Positions 47,663 through 63,257 are shown, counted from the first letter of the stretch. The stretch is DNA of 64,000 nt from Hydrolagus colliei (GCA_035084275.1 CM068748.1:3286001-3350000); one strand, 5' to 3'. Numbers and translations: made by a program. The notes: generated by a model from the sequence alone, not told the origin.

Positions 47663-49576
47663 CTTAAAGCAGAAAACACACACACAACAATTAGAATTAT
47701 GACCACATTAAGCAATGCAAAAGACAAAATACCCAGGCATTCCTGACATGGTCAGTAAAAGTACTAGAGGAAAAAATACACAAAAATAGCTGTGCATAAC
47801 AACAAAGTTAAACTTTCACTCATTTCTTAAAATAATACTTCTCATGTTACTGTTCAGCAAATATATTGTTTTACCCATTTATCCCCAAGCTGTAGCAATA
47901 GGTAGCAATAAATAACATTAATTTGATTCTCTCCAACTAGCAAAATTTATAATGGCAAACGGAACAATTCTGGCATATGTTAGCTCAGCTGCCCCCAAGG
48001 TACCTTGGTACCTTCAGTATTCTATCACATAATACTGGGGCCAATTTTGCAGTATTTACTAACAAGACTTTTCAATTAAGAAATTAAGTCAACAGCAGTG
48101 AGTCAAAGAAACACCACACTCCAACACCAATCTATTTTCAGAGTGGATTTCCATTGTGTCAGCATAAGGTATTTACTGTTATCGTAAGGAAACCACTCTT
48201 AAATTGTAGATTTCTTTGTTAAGAAAAGCAGAGAAATTGATCCCCTGAATTCCCTAAAACAAAGTGACACTTGGGAATCTTCAAAGTATAAAATGTGAAG
48301 CATTATGGTCCCTCCGTATATAAAATAATACATATATACTATTGATACGTGTTGCCAGCATGGGAAATATACTTTTAATTACTTTAATTCTGTAGATTAG
48401 TTTAAAAAATGTTTAGTTTACTAGTACAATGTTATATTACTGCCTGCAATGGAAATACCTTTCTGTACCCTGCACATTGCTATATAAAGGTTTCTCGATC
48501 GGAACATTCAGTCTCTGCGAGCTTGATTATCTCGGTATCTGTATAACTAAAATATAGTGACAATTTAAGTCAACAAATGTTATTAAATTCTTCACATGAA
48601 GATATCCAGAGCCATCAGTGTTGGCAAGGGTGTACAGCTTCAGTCTGTCTTTTTTCTTTTTGTTAGAGGAATCTACCCAGCTGGATGTTAGCCTAATTTC
48701 CACTGTTTATCTTCTTGAATTGATCAAAACATTACTGTCCGCAAGCAGAAAAAATAAATATTGTAAAATAAAAGTAGATCTGTAAGCACAAACGATAATA
48801 TTTGATGACTCTGTGTTATCCTCACTTCACCTCCACTACACATGCCTCAAGCCATCAACTTCAGCGCCTTGGGACGTCCTCCTGATCTGAAAGGTGCTAT
48901 ATAAATGTAAATTTGTTGTTGTTGTATAGATAGGCAAAAGTAATGGAAGACATGCACATTATATGCACTTTATCTGCATTAGTAATTGGCACGTTTCTTT
49001 CCACTAAAAAGAGAATAGAGCAAAGGAATCTACTGTTACTTTATAGCTGATCATTCTGAACTACTGTATCGTAAAACCTTAGTGGTCACCATCACTCTGC
49101 TATTCCCTTTATTATGAGTAATTATAATATCTACAGTAGATCCATATAAACATGGCCTGCCAGGCTTCTTGACTGTTACTGTCTGTTTAAGGAGGTTAGT
49201 GTTACCAGGCTAATTTGTGCTTCAATAATATATAACCGGGGAGATGCTACTACGTAACTGTCTGGTCTATAAATGTATGATCCTCGAATACAGTGAGTTG
49301 GTAATGTGATTTTCGCATAATGAACTCACAAGGTCCAGAATACAACGGCATTTGGGGAAAACCTCCTGTGAAGCTACCGGCATAGAAGCGTTGTAGTAAT
49401 TTGCTCATTAAGATAATAATGTAAAGTATGCTGACTCTTTAAATAGGACCAGACTTGAATTGATTTGGTGCACAATACTCTACTCAAATTTGAGCTTAAC
49501 TCCTGTCCCCGGAGAATAACTTTGAAATGCACAAAGCAATAAAAAGAGTAACCCAATCTCCCTTGTGCAGTCTTAC

Positions 49577-49754
49577 TTCAGGTTCACCACAATCGCACTC
49601 CTCGCCTTCCTCCACATATCCATTGCCACACTTTTGACCGCCATGGAGCTCTTTAATTTCTGGCATATTAAACAGGCACATTCCTACTCCCTTCTCCAGG
49701 CTACTGTCCAGGTCCTTTTTGCTGCAACTGCTGAATACTGTAGGAAATGGATAC
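49577..49754 (-). CDS. ADAM12: ADAM12 metalloprotease end / disintegrin start exon (~12)
   Basis: (G)YPFPTVFSSCSKKDLDSSLEKGVGMCLFNMPEIKELHGGQKCGNGYVEEGEECDCGEPE; 178 nt, phase 2-0. Confidence 0.97.
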
Positions 49755-52119
49755 CTAAAAATAAAGACACAAATGTTTGACTTTGCAGTGCAACTCGATT
49801 AAGCAACGCCTGTGCCAATGTTTTCTTTTTTGGTATTATCTTTCCCAAATTGGTAACAAGACACGGAGTACAAAGCAAACAAAGTCTCGTTTTTGACTGG
49901 TTTGCAACCAAATATTTTGGGGGTTAACCCTACTGTCTACGGATGTCCATAGATCTGCATCTAATTAATATCTGTGTAAGGTTATTTATAAGCATTTCAT
50001 ATAAATGTTAATACAGTACCTTTAAGTACTTTTAGCATTTATAACCATAATGATGAATCTAAATGTTAATGCTTGATGAAATATCTAAAAGTTGTTGAGT
50101 GTATTAAAAATATTCTTATGCCAACTAAACAGTTCCGTTACTGTTACACCATTGACATAATGAGTTTGCATCTTCGTGATGGCCAAAAGCATTGAAGGCA
50201 GTAATTGCTGAAAGTCTGTAAGGTGATCAGCTTGCCCTTTAGGAATCTCTGCCATTCTATCTCTGGAGTAAATGCCGAGTGATATTTGTCAGTGAAATAA
50301 TATCAGGAGACAAATCACAAGTAGTGTGATTGAACTAAATGAAGCACACAACTTACAGTTGTGCAGATGTTGCCAAGCAAACTCTTTCTTGTTAAAGGAA
50401 TTGCAGCTTGTTAAAAGTATGTTGATGTTGTGCTATTGGTAGCTCTGGGACGTAACGTTTGATCTCCAAAGTGTCAGGACCACACTTTATATATTTATAC
50501 ATAGTTTCTGTACTGATATTGCTTTGCATCGATATCAACCCTCTTGACAATATTCCTTGTTGATTTATTCTTAAGTGAAATGTGAAATTACGCATCTTGG
50601 GATTCAGTTAGACAGTCAGTTGAATAATTTGTGGTACACACATTCAGAGAGATACCAAAAAAACATTTTTCATCACATTCCCACTGGCAATGCGGATAGT
50701 AATCAAACAGAAACTCATTATGTTGGATGCCAATGCAATAATTTGTTTTTAATTATCCTGAACCTCTTGGTTGGCATCAGAAAGACATCATAAATTCAAC
50801 AAATCTAAAGATATTGCAGCAACCATTAAATGCTGGGAGGATTCATCGATTTTTAGTTTCAATGTTGGGAGTTGGTGTGTTCAAAGACTGATGGACTACT
50901 GTTTTGTGTGCCTCAGTTTACCTAGGATGTCTTGTCGAGAGCGAAGAAAATCCCTAGCTGTCTGGTTAAAAAAAAGTATTATATTTCCCTTGCAATACTG
51001 GTGAACTCATCAGTCTGAGTATGTGTCTGCAAGTGATCACTGGGCGTGTAACGGAGAATACAAGTCTATTTTCTATTGCCATTGGAGAGCAGACACACTC
51101 ATATTTCTGGTGCGATCAGAACACTAGCTTGTTGGTCGGTGGACACTGTGACCACCTAATGTGGATATTCTGAAGCTGAAACCAAAGCTGAATGAAATCT
51201 GAGACACAAAATTCCATCTAGACACAGCCAGTCTGCAAAGACCAATTTATCTTAAAATATGATTTCTTGCAGAATTGTGGAAAATTCTTCCAATAGAATC
51301 TCAATTTGGAAGAACTTCCTCCACAGTTCTTAAAAAGACACAATTTGTAAATTAAAAATGAATTTGAGAATTTTTCACAAATGCTCGTTATCAGAAATGT
51401 AAAGACAAGCTACAACAAGGAATAAGTGGAATTTATCTAATTCATAACATATGTCCCCAGTTCTGCTTCTGTCTCTTTCAATTTGATTATGTTTCTTGAA
51501 AAAAATCAATCACTGTCCAGTAAAACAAAAAAGTCCAATAAAACAAAAATTAAAATTAAAAAATAGAGACTGCCTCAGTGCGACAAGTAACCTTCCTGTT
51601 AGTTCCACTGAGCAGCACCATGTAGTGTTCTGGGACTTGACGGTACTGGTCTTAGCAGCTGAAGCAATCAGACACAAGAATAGCCTTCTGCTAAGTCAAG
51701 GAATACAGACAGAAAAGATGGGTTGAGCAGAAACTCACTTCAAACGTTTTCACATAGATCGTGAATGACTTCAGAACCAGTTCTAATTCTAAACTAATTT
51801 AACTACGGTAACTTTTAATATTTTGCCATTTGTTTAATTTTATTCGCTGTTAGGAAAAATAGAAGTGACTAAGTTGACATTTTCCCTGTATAATTTATCG
51901 GGTTGGAAGTAAATGTTTGAGTGGAAAAGTTTGAACAAATCTGTTTTACATTGCAACAGATGTGGATTATTTATTTCAACCACAGTGAAGCCATCTGTGG
52001 AGAGAGAGCCTGAGAGAAGACTTGATTAGCAATACAAGTGGAATCATCTGTTATATTCCACTTAACCCATTCCAGCTCAAAGAAACCTAAACCATTATGA
52101 ATTACACAGATTAATTACA

Positions 52120-52260
52120 ATTTACTACGGAGGGTGGTTGAGGCCAGCACAATGGACACATTTAAGAAATAGCTTGATACTGTAACAGGAGGATGGCAGG
52201 TTGGGTAATCTGGAAGGAGGAGATCCATTGGTTCTAAAGCCATCTCAACCTCTCTTATGT
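52120..52260 (+). mobile_element. CR1 LINE 3' end fragment
   Basis: GTGGTTGAGGCCAGCACAATGGACACATTTAAGAAATAGCTTGAT, typical CR1 ORF2 terminus (VVEA....FK..LD). Confidence 0.6.
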
Positions 52261-55200
52261 GATTGTTTAATTGAAAGCAATGGATGTCAAAGGAATAAGA
52301 AGTAATCATTCTACATTTAACTATCGTATCAGAACATCTGAACCCTTTGTTAATTTGCCTTAGTGGTTCTGTCCCAACAACTGGAAAACATATTCCACAG
52401 TCCATCAAAGTCACTGGGGTCACATCCAGTTTTCCTGGAATTTCACTACTATAACTATCTGTCACCGAATTCACTAGCTGTACTGAAGAGCAAATTTTAT
52501 CCCTTGGATATCTTGAGTATAAGCCCAACTCATAATCTTTCCTGGATCACAAATTAAATCTATCTTACTGCGACACAGCTGAGATCTGAATATCCATCCT
52601 TATGTTTGCCAGCTTCAAGTCAAAATTGTGAAACTTTTGAGTCTTAATTCAGTCTTAATTTGGAAACTGATTTTCTGTGGTGCCTAAAACTGACAGCCAA
52701 AATAAGGCTCAGGTTAAGACAGTTTATCCATGTTCTGCGTGGTTGCATTTTTAAAACAAAGGTGTTATGCCTAAGAACATGAGACATGAGAACATTAACC
52801 CATATTTTAAAAAGAATCGAATTCAATCCTCTCCTGCTTGTAAATTACTCTTGAAATTCTTTTTGTTTAGGTCACAGTTTTTAAGGATAACCTCAATCAA
52901 AAAGAAACCCATGTTTGGAATAGTTTTATATGCTGTGGAGCAGTAGGAAAAAAAATGCTTCAAACTGGATTTACATGGTAGCAAAATAGAGTTAATGCTG
53001 ACTAAGGTGTTCCAATCACTCACATGTGGCAGTGACATTGAGCTCCATTCACTAGGCAGTTAGTGGGAATTGGCAACTTTCCTCAGGAACACTGTATTGC
53101 TGAAGCTATTCACTGCTTGAAGATTTCACTGATTTTTAAAAATAAATCTGGATTGCCATTGAGAAGGAATCTTAATAGATGCCCAAGTCACCAGTTTAAT
53201 GGCAGATTAAAATCCTGCCATTGCTGTTGTTGTAGTTGTTAAATATTCTACTAAAGAACAGGACAGAATTTCTGAAGTTGCCAATCATCAGGATCCAACT
53301 CTTTGGCTGGATCCACTTCAGGCACCAGTCGAATTTCTGCCAAAATGTGGGGCTTGCTTATCAAATCAGAGCAGTCTTTTGCATACCTCAAATATTAATG
53401 GTGCATTACAGGATCTTGTTGTGCACAGTACTGGAAATGCTGCACATGACTCACTATTGGGTTGAAACAAAACCAGTCTTAATTACATGGGATTTCAGGA
53501 GGCTTAGCCCTGTCTCCCAGAAAACAGGTTCGGTGTATTTTTTTTTAGTTTGGGAATGAGAATATAGAAGAGCTGTGTGTGATTTCTGCCACAACCATGT
53601 GCACATCCCACATCAGGGCTTTGTGTGTTTGCAAGCATAGGGACGAAGGTTTTACGGCGCACATTTTCATGCTGCTCTCCTTTAATTAACCGAGTGACCT
53701 TAGTGGCCAGTAGAGATAATGGTGAAGGATTGCTAACATGATTGAATAGATTTTGCTACAATGGATTAAGTCCCAGAGTGCAGAAGATCAATTTTAGACC
53801 TGCTTGTCTTCCATTGCAATCCTTCTATGACAGATGAGTTACTACCTTTCATTTCGGTGCACTTACATAATCAGTAACTGTCAATCGGACTAGATGCCAT
53901 ATTTTGGACAGTGTTTACCTAATATGAATAACTGAAAAAGAGAATGATTTATATGTATCCGGGAAGGAACATCCAGAATCCATTCCAATCAAAAACCTAT
54001 CCTAATGTATTATGTTTTAACTTTGACTCTAATTGTTTTAAATTATCTCTTTTTTTTTGCTTTCATTTAAGTTACTATCACTTGCTTGTCTTCTATGTCC
54101 TTGCCCCAAGGTCTCTATCAATGTCACTTAACATCCATTTAACAAAAGCAATGTAAAAAGTGGTGTATTGCCAAACAAGTTCATAACTCTTGATGGGGAT
54201 GTGCCAACTCATAGGGAGAGAGGATTTGGGGTCAGGCTCCATTGTTCTTTGGCACTGCAGTTGAGAGCACAAAGGCGATTTATATTAGGTCAGTCATTTG
54301 ACCATTGACCCTGATAATGGTTTTGGAGAACTTTAAATCCCAAACCATCCAATTCTCTTGGCCAGACGAACCAGTTTCACGAGCAAATTCATCAATAAAA
54401 TACAATATTTTTGAAAGGGAATTCCTAGGAGGCCCAGTATGAGAAACTAACAAATAAAGAAAGTTTATTACATCTTACACTCAGTGAGTGCGGATACGAA
54501 GTGGGGGGTGGTGGTGGGGTGGGGGGATATATGTTCCCTACTGACTTAGCATGGGGGGGGTTCACATTCCACCCTCACTGTCCAAATTACAGCTAAACAT
54601 TGCTATATAATGTCAGGTTTCCATTGTGTTTCCAAATGACTGTGAGAAAATACTTTGCTTGGAAACAAAATTCTGCTAATTTTGTGAAATGTTCACAAGA
54701 TTAGCCACAAGAAGAGCATACGCGAATAAAGATTTAGTGTTGGTGTGAATTGCAATACAGTTGACACAGATCCCGAGTAGTCACCCCTTTGTCCCCCCCT
54801 TGCCAAAAAAAATATTAAATTCTCAAATGAAGTAGAAAAGCTTTGATGTCATGGCCTAAACATAAAATGAACCCTGAGAACTAATTTATCAAAGCTGACA
54901 GTCTGCGAGCCTTATTCTGAAGGGGCCTGTCTCCAGACCACACTGGAAATTTCACTCAGACAGCAGTTTTTTTTTCCTGGAGGAAATCAGACAGCCAAGT
55001 AAAGTAGCTGTAATCATGTCCAACCTATAGGTTGTTGACTCATCTGCCTTCTCCTATTTCTTCATGCGCTACAGTTCCACTAATAAATTAAAACTACAAA
55101 AACACACAGCCGAGAGATATGAAGCTATTGCTTTTGAACTTGACACCATCCCGGCTGCTGACAATTTCAGAAAGACTGCCTTTGCAAAAGGCAAGAGTTA

Positions 55201-58200
55201 ATGCAGCCCACATTGAAGTTGGAGCGCATTTGCGTGTAGGCGAATAATTTTATGAGTCTGAAGCAAAGCCATTGATAAAACGCCAAGATAGATTGGCTGC
55301 ATATAAATTTGGTAAACAGAAACATTACATCCTCTACAGCTGATAAATGGAGAACACCCCGAACAGGCCAAGATTTTACAGCAGGCAATTTCCAAGATTT
55401 CATCCTTCTGAATGTTTTAAAACATTGTCCGTTGACCCTGCATTTCAAGAAGACATTAAAGGCCATATACACAAGTTTGCAGATTCCAATTCTGTCTATC
55501 TTTATTGCACTGATGTGCTTCCTATTAATTGATCTAAGACCAAGGCCACATGTGATATTATTACCCTATAAACCTGACGGGGAAATGGCATAAAACCTAG
55601 TAATGTTTTGTATCTGCAGATGGCCAGTGGTGCACTGTGTTTATGGGCCTTCCACTTGCTTCTCTGTGGAAACACAATTACACACAAATGGTTGGGATGC
55701 CCTCCCAAAGCAAAAGGTGCTCTACAAATGTAATTTTGTTGTTGTTGTTATTGTTTGGGCCCTGAAGAAGTTATCCCTGACACTTGCCTGGCATGGAGCT
55801 CATACTGTGGTTTGAAACACCATTTGTTTATGATTTGTAACATAGAGAAAAGTTCCTGCTCCCCCCATTACAGATGAAAAATCTTCCTATGAGTTGCACC
55901 ACAGTTCGACAAGGACAAGGACATGAAGTTTAGCAGCTCTTCTTCATCCTGTTCGTGATCTGGTTCATCAACGACGGGTCAAGGTGGAGGTGGATACTTT
56001 CTCAGCAGAATGGAAAAACAGTTGTTATTGTAGCAAAGCAGTGGTGACAGCCAATGTCACAGTAATGCAGTGAAAACAGAAACTCAATTTGATTCTTGTT
56101 TCAATTCAGCTAATGTTAACTGGGTCGGAATGTCCATGTAGATTAATCCCGCGAATTATTCGCTTTTGCTGTAACTATAAGAAGCGTAATTGCACCAGAC
56201 TAACACTGTATGTAAAATATTACTTTATGCTAGACCTCATTTTCCAGACTCCCGTCCACAGATTTGTTTACTCAGACATTATGCTTAATATTATTAGGTG
56301 ATGTGCGCCAAAAGCAAATCTTGGCACAGAATCTCCAACAGACTAATCCTTTAGACAGTATAAACTGAGGTTAAAATATTGTGACATGCTGAAATGTTAG
56401 TACTTGGGGCAGTTAACTACTGAAAAGTAATAAAGACCCACAGGCAATTATTACAGTAAAAAACCTCTTGGGTAAAACTGATATTTCTACTTGTATTTCA
56501 CATCAAGTTCTCGACTGTTGGCAAATCCATACGACCCTTGTCACAAGCAATATATCAGGGGAGAGTTAAAGCTTGGTCGTTTTCTTCATGCTTACCTTCC
56601 TCATAAGCACGCTTTCAAACTCAGCACGACAGTCTCCAAAAGTATAAACAGGAGACAATTTTTATTCCTGAAATATTTCACTGTACTGACTAAGCTTTTC
56701 TTTAGTTAAAACAGTGGAAATAAAAAGTGGAAGTTGATGCTTTGGTCGTCGGAGAAAAAACAGTGTCTAATTATTTCCATTTGGTATTTTCAAGGCTTTG
56801 TGACATCAACATGCTGAGACGTTATGTTTGAATGTTGGTCTGGGTTAGTGATCTGAGGTTTAATAGCAAGTTCGTATTGATATTGTTGGCAACAATCCTT
56901 GCTCTCAGAAACATGCCTGTTCGTATAGGATGATATATGCAGTCTGTTTGCCCACAAAATATAGTCAATTCACTTTACAGTATATTCCGTGAAGCACTTT
57001 GGGATGCAATTTTTTGGTTTTGTTGTCTCAAGGACATGATCAAGAACTCTATCAAATGCAAGGATTATTATTATATGTGAAATCAGTATGCCATCAACAT
57101 GCAGAAACTGATATCCTAGCTCCAAAATTCCACTTGATCCTAGCCTGCAAACCTATTTTGGGCTATTTTCCCAATGGAACTGTGGGAATCTCTTACATTC
57201 AGCCTTAGTTTGGAAACTGCTTTTCCAATGGACTTAAAAAGAAGTGTCTTCCAAAGTACTGTAATTCCAGAGTGAATTTCACAATTCCTCAGGATCTTAG
57301 ATTACAAAACAAAATTGTCTTACAGGCTGTGGTAAGGTGGAGTTTTGTGCCTTTTATGTCTGGAATGTGATATTAAATTCAATGAGAAGCAAGCCATGCT
57401 TTCCCCCCTCGACATTCACTACCATTTGTATTTTCTTTTCCTTTTTTTAAAATTTTTCTCAGCTTGCCAAGGGTGAAGGATGTCAGTGTGGGAATGCAAA
57501 ATGTTTACAGTTTTTGGTGCACAGTAGGGTTTCAACATGTGTTTGCTAACCCTAGGGAATGTTCCATTCAGTGCTTACAAATCCCAGGATAATGGTACAA
57601 AATGTTTGCTTGTGATAGTGAACAGTGACCCCATAACATGCATTGTCATATTACTACATCTTCGGTCTGATACTCTACTCTCTTACCTCTGCCGACGACA
57701 GCATGAAATATTTATGTTCCCTCACATTAGCGGAAATGTTTGATCGTGCATGTAAACAGGGGCAGCGTATTAGGTACATATTCCAAGAAACAATTCAACA
57801 TACTATTCAAAACTTCAACCTTTCAAATTGCAGGGTGAAAATTATTGGAAGGAAGAGAGAAATCAAGTGAAACTTTTGAAGGGCTTGCAAATAAATAATA
57901 AAAGTAATGATTTTCACATTTGATACTTCGCCTATAGTGTCATTTGAAAGGCCGAAAGCCTTTCAAAGGGAAGCTGGCAAGTGTTGGGACTGTGTATTTG
58001 TGGGCAAACAAATAAAAGTCATGAAGGAGTTATGTCTCCAAACTTAAGGTACTAAGAATGAATGTTTAAAAGTGAATAATATTCTTTTGGTCAAGCCTGG
58101 AGTTAGTGTGAATCACAAAGGGGAAAGTGGACAGATTATCACCACAAGGAATGACAAACATATATGGAACAATTACATTATCTGCTGCTGATGGCACTAC

Positions 58201-58708
58201 AGGTACTAGGAAATGCTTGTCCACCACATGTTTTTGTGTTCGTTTGCATTGGAACAATTTTTAACATGACATCAAAACTTTCCACCATTGTGAGCAGGCA
58301 AGTTATAATATTGTTCAAGTCTTCATGGCAGAAAGGACATGCATTACAATGTTAAATATTGTACACTTGAAGTATATTGTATTACATCTATTTTCATTCT
58401 ATGAATATGCGTTTAGTAAAATTCAGACATAACAGGAAACCAGGTTAAACAATCACTTTCTAGTGATATGTCTGTTAATTTTGTCACTGCAAATGCATGT
58501 GTTTCCAAAAGGGAATTCTTCTTAAAAGTACAACCTACAAAAAAGTATGACCCCCAAAACTAAATGCATTTTGAATTCAGTAAAATGGCACGAGAAGTAC
58601 TTTTGTGCTTAAATCGGGTCGATCGCTTTTTATTGACGACAAAGGTAATGCACAAACACATTTAATGCATTAAAAAGCTGCCGTTTCTCCTTCATCCTGT
58701 TTACTTAC

Positions 58709-58857
58709 CCTGTGGATGGTGTCATGATGCAGCCTCCCTTGTCGGATGATGCCGTGCAGGCACAGCCACGGGCAGGGGTATCGTGGTTCATCCCGAAATT
58801 GTGTCCCAGTTCGTGTGCCATCGTTACCGCGGCGCCCAGCGCATTGTCTGAATGATC
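58709..58857 (-). CDS. ADAM12: ADAM12 catalytic zinc-site exon (~11)
   Basis: [49 protein letters not shown](G); intact HExxHxxGxxHD and CIM Met-turn; 149 nt, phase 0-2. Confidence 0.97.
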
Positions 58858-61800
58858 CTTGGGGAGGAAATGACCATCGGATAAAGTTAGGACACAATAA
58901 GTAAGAACTTTAGATGTCAGAAATGCATCATATCCTCTGAGCTGATCCCAAAAACCAAAGTCATAAAAAGAGAGTTGACTTACTGTTGGTAACAGTACAA
59001 ACTGCTAGACTGTTCGAGGGACGGGAGAGAGGAATGATATGATTACCTTATGGAAGGTGAAACAGTAATTTTGACTCATATCGATTTCCTATCTCCATGG
59101 GGCAAAACGTTTGGTTCAAAGGAATGTTTTGAACAATTTACTGGTTTGTAGCCACAGTCTTAGGGTTTTCAACAGAACCATTGCTGGATGAACTGATCCT
59201 GCGATTGTACCATGAACAAATGATGTAAGGCTGTCGATTTTGTAGAATCTCCTTTTACTGCCATATGACTACAGTAGTTTGATAGTACACAATGCACCAG
59301 GTTTATATACCTTCTTGCAAGCAAATTAATCTTGTATCTAGAAATGAATCATTTCTCTCAGCTATTTACAAATGTTTGGGACCAAGACACTGAAAATACT
59401 CTGAACTATGGGAAAATACTTTCCTGGTGCACATGATACATTATGTGCAGTAGGAATGGAACAAAAGGGCTATCAACACAGTTTAAATCATACATTATGA
59501 CACAAGGATATGGGGAAGAATGCTTTATTCATCTGATCTGTATTGTTAACTGGTCAGGAGAAGATTACGTTTTGTTATCAGTTTTCTGCAGATGTTGGAC
59601 TTGTGCTGAGCAGGGAATTTTACTATTGTGCTATGGTGCCATGTGGAAGGCAGTCAATTCATTTTGGAAAATACAATTTAAACTAACCCTCATAATTCAG
59701 AAGATTTCAAAAATATATATTTTACTCGAGTTGTATATGTTAGTTCATGTTCCTGCTGTGACCTTTTTGCTAATAGTTATGTGTCACATGTGGTTCCAAT
59801 CTTTCAGACTGAGGTAATACAGTTAAACAAAGTCTGCCTTTAAAAAAACCCTGCCAAAGCTATTGTTTAAACAGATAAGAGGACCTGTAACTTATGCGCT
59901 GTATGTAATGGGGAAATCACAGAACATAAATACAGTTTTTTTTTACTGGAAAGAGCTCCTGGGAGGAATTTTAACATTGCTTCCAGTTCATTAAGTGTGG
60001 ACTAGGAGCGAGAAAGGTCGAGATACATGGGTGCACAACTCACTTTGAATTCAGATCAAACAGTGACCACGGGTCTCTCTTTTGCCTCCGTTTGTCCCCA
60101 GTATGAAAATAAAGAGTGAAGTTTGCCACATTTCACCTTAATCATTGGCAAAAAATTTAATGATTATAAACGTTGTTTAATTATTTCATTAAATTAACCT
60201 CTTCAACTGATTTTTAAAACAAAATCACTGTAAGTATTATGAACTGGGGAACACACATTTTTCTTTACAAAGGTTAATACTGTAACTTCAAAATAAGATG
60301 GCTGGAGTAAGCCTCAAAACTCTCCTTCGAGCACCCTTCCTGGCCCAGACCAGTTTGTACTTCAAGTATCTAGAAGGATATTGCAGACACTGTTTAATCT
60401 CTGGAGACACCCTGACCACATTTTGGATGGGTTTAGTTTGGAAACATTCCTTATTGCGCTGCATAAATGCACATTTCTAAGAAAACCATGTGGAGGAAGC
60501 TAACAAGAGAAATAGAATGAAACAATGGAAGACAGGGAGCAAAATGTTTGAGGGTCAGAGAAATCTTCTGCTGACAACCCCCTGTGTGGGTCATTTAGAT
60601 TATTTTATGCTAACATGGACTACTTTCGTTCCATATCAACATGGCAGATTCCAAGTTTACATTTGGAATTATACCTTCACAACCAATTTGGACTGTTTCT
60701 TTGTTGTAATGTTTCACATGATAAAATGAAAAAGAAAATTCCAATATCTGGTGCCAAACTGAGGTGTTTATCTCAGTTCTCAGACAATTTTCTCTTGACT
60801 CCTTCCTCCGCAATAAAACTAATCAGCTTATGTCTCGTGCTCAGTTTCCTGAGAGAGAGGACACTGCATATTTGGGTCCTATTGGTTTTTTGTGGAGTGC
60901 TATGATTGTTGTCAGGGAAACAAAATTTTGGCAGCACCCAAATCAAAGCATCATGTGGGAGATTCGAGCAAAAGAGTATTTGTCATTTACTGAAAGGCAC
61001 TGGGTTGTAGTTAAAAATTATTGGTTAAGGGCCAATGAAATAATAGTGTTGTTCACTTGCAAACAATGCCCTAGGTACATGTGTGGGAACAAACAGTTTT
61101 TGCTGCACTTGCAATTTCTATTGGATATTGCAAGACGGAAATATAATAAAACTAAACACTTTCCTCATAACTGCTGATGTATCTAGTCTGTCACATGGGG
61201 CAGTCGATTCCTGTCACCTTCAGACTGCTGTCACCGTGGATGTTTGAAGGCAATGTTGTTCAATATGCTGATGACATTTTAGAAGTTCGTATTGCATCAG
61301 TTACAAATTTACCCAAGCCACATTTGTCTCTCTTTTCACACCGTTCTCAAGAGGTGAGTTGGAATAGGGACCTGCGCTGATATTATTCTGTGCAAAAGGC
61401 CACTCTTCTGTAAACTGTCAATCAAATGGTCAGGCATATGGATACGTTTTGCCCACAAAATACACAGTCAATCCACTCTAAAATATATTCTGTGAAGTGC
61501 TTTGAGACGTCTCAATGATTTGATAAGGTGCTATATCAAACCGCAAGGGTTATTTACGTATCTATTTACTTGTTGGTGGGGGAGCAGTTACTATTTGGGG
61601 GTGCTGGACATGTGTGTACTTTCCTAATTGATACATTATGAATTTCTAAATTTATCAACTGCAGATAATACCCTAGTACTGTATAACCTCCATATTTACA
61701 GTGTTCTCGGAGGTAGAACGATATGATATGCAAACAGCAGTTGAATTACAAGCTGCAATATGTTTTCGTTGTTCACAAACCACTTGAACTTTACTCTCAG

Positions 61801-63172
61801 TTTATGACGTCATGTAAATCCTTCATTTGCGGCAGCTTTCAACCACACTACAGTTTTACTGTGTTCATCTGCTGGTATGACTGAGGTCAGATGAGTGATG
61901 ACAACGCAAAATACATCTTCAACTCCGACTTAGCCTTGCTGGTAAATTGATGCTCAACTATGCGACTTATTCAGCAGGATAAAGTAAAAAGGCACATTGT
62001 TTAGGTTATGCAGAGCAAAAATTTCACCTCAACTCTATGCTTTAGTTCAACACATACCTCTGTGGATTTAGCTGATTGATATGCAAATGGAACAATTATT
62101 GTAGTTATTATTACTGTATAATTTAAGATTCTGCAGTCAAACCTGAACCCGTGGCTAAAGCCAAGAAAAAATACAGGTTTTTTGTACTGAAATGTTTGAA
62201 GGGAGAGTGCATGAAAAAGATAACCTGAGTCAAGCCTTTAAAAATTTTTAATTTGACTCCTTGAATAAACAAAGGAAATATATTGATACCTTAAAAAAAA
62301 TTGTTGGCAGAATAATATCCAATTTTCCACAATCCAATAACACAAGCTGTCTTGTGGAATCATGCTAATGTTTGCAAAAAATTCAGGTTAAGCAAGAGAA
62401 GACAACATGGTCGAATTTATGAGCATTAGAAAGTACCAGTCAAGCAGATCTTAGGGCAGTACTTTGGAAATGAGGAGTTTAAGTCATTTGGCAGCAATAT
62501 GAATGTTTCCATGGAGTCTCAAGTCACAAGAGTGTCAAGAAGAGCAAATAGAGTATTCTTCTCATGAAGAAGTAGTGCCTCCTTGAGGTGACGTGCAATA
62601 TATCCCCAGAATAAAGTAAATAACAAAACTGATAATAATAATAATGATCCTTGCATTTGAGATGGCTTCCTGATCTCAAGACAGCTCAAAGTGCTTCATA
62701 GGATACACTGTAAAATGCAGTGACTATATTTTGAGGGGATTGCAGATTTAGTCTGAGGAAGAAATTAAGTAACATAATAAAACTACTACATTCAATTTTA
62801 CAAAGTGGGTCAGAGTTTCTGGTTTTTATTAACGTTGAGATGCTGAAAGTTAATTTGGGTTGAATGTTTGGGACCAATAACGGAAATGGAGGGATCCCTT
62901 GTGTTCTCTATCAATGATACTGTCAACAAGGATAGTGTTTTGGGTTGTTTTGTTGGAACTGAGTGGAGATTCCATGTTGGCCATTTACATTCAGCAAAGA
63001 CTAGAATCTTTCACTCTTTATCAGAAAAATTTCAGGCTCAGGATCCGGAGATGGGAGGATTTATTGAGCCGTGTAGTCAGTTTCCATTTCTGTCAGTTTC
63101 AAGTCATTCGAACACTTAAGGGATGGGCAGATCCAGTTCAGATCATTCACTCTTTCTATGTTCACTACTCAC

Positions 63173-63257
63173 CATAACAATCCCTCCTGACTGCTCTGCT
63201 GTGCACATGCTCATTATAGGTGCCATGCCAATGGTCGTTCCCTGGAAGTACACTCCA
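63173..63257 (-). CDS. ADAM12: ADAM12 metalloprotease exon (~10); gene continues beyond the window
   Basis: (S)GVYFQGTTIGMAPIMSMCTAEQSGGIVM; 85 nt, phase 2-0; ccAG / ATG|GTGAGT. Confidence 0.97.

Noticed and set aside
58709-58857. Alternative identity ADAM19 or ADAM33
   Set aside because: The SNSCDLPEFC loop, GGASRPVIGTNAVSIETNIP, TM/KRKTL and NPPQKPLPA motifs, plus the FANK1 neighbour, fit ADAM12.
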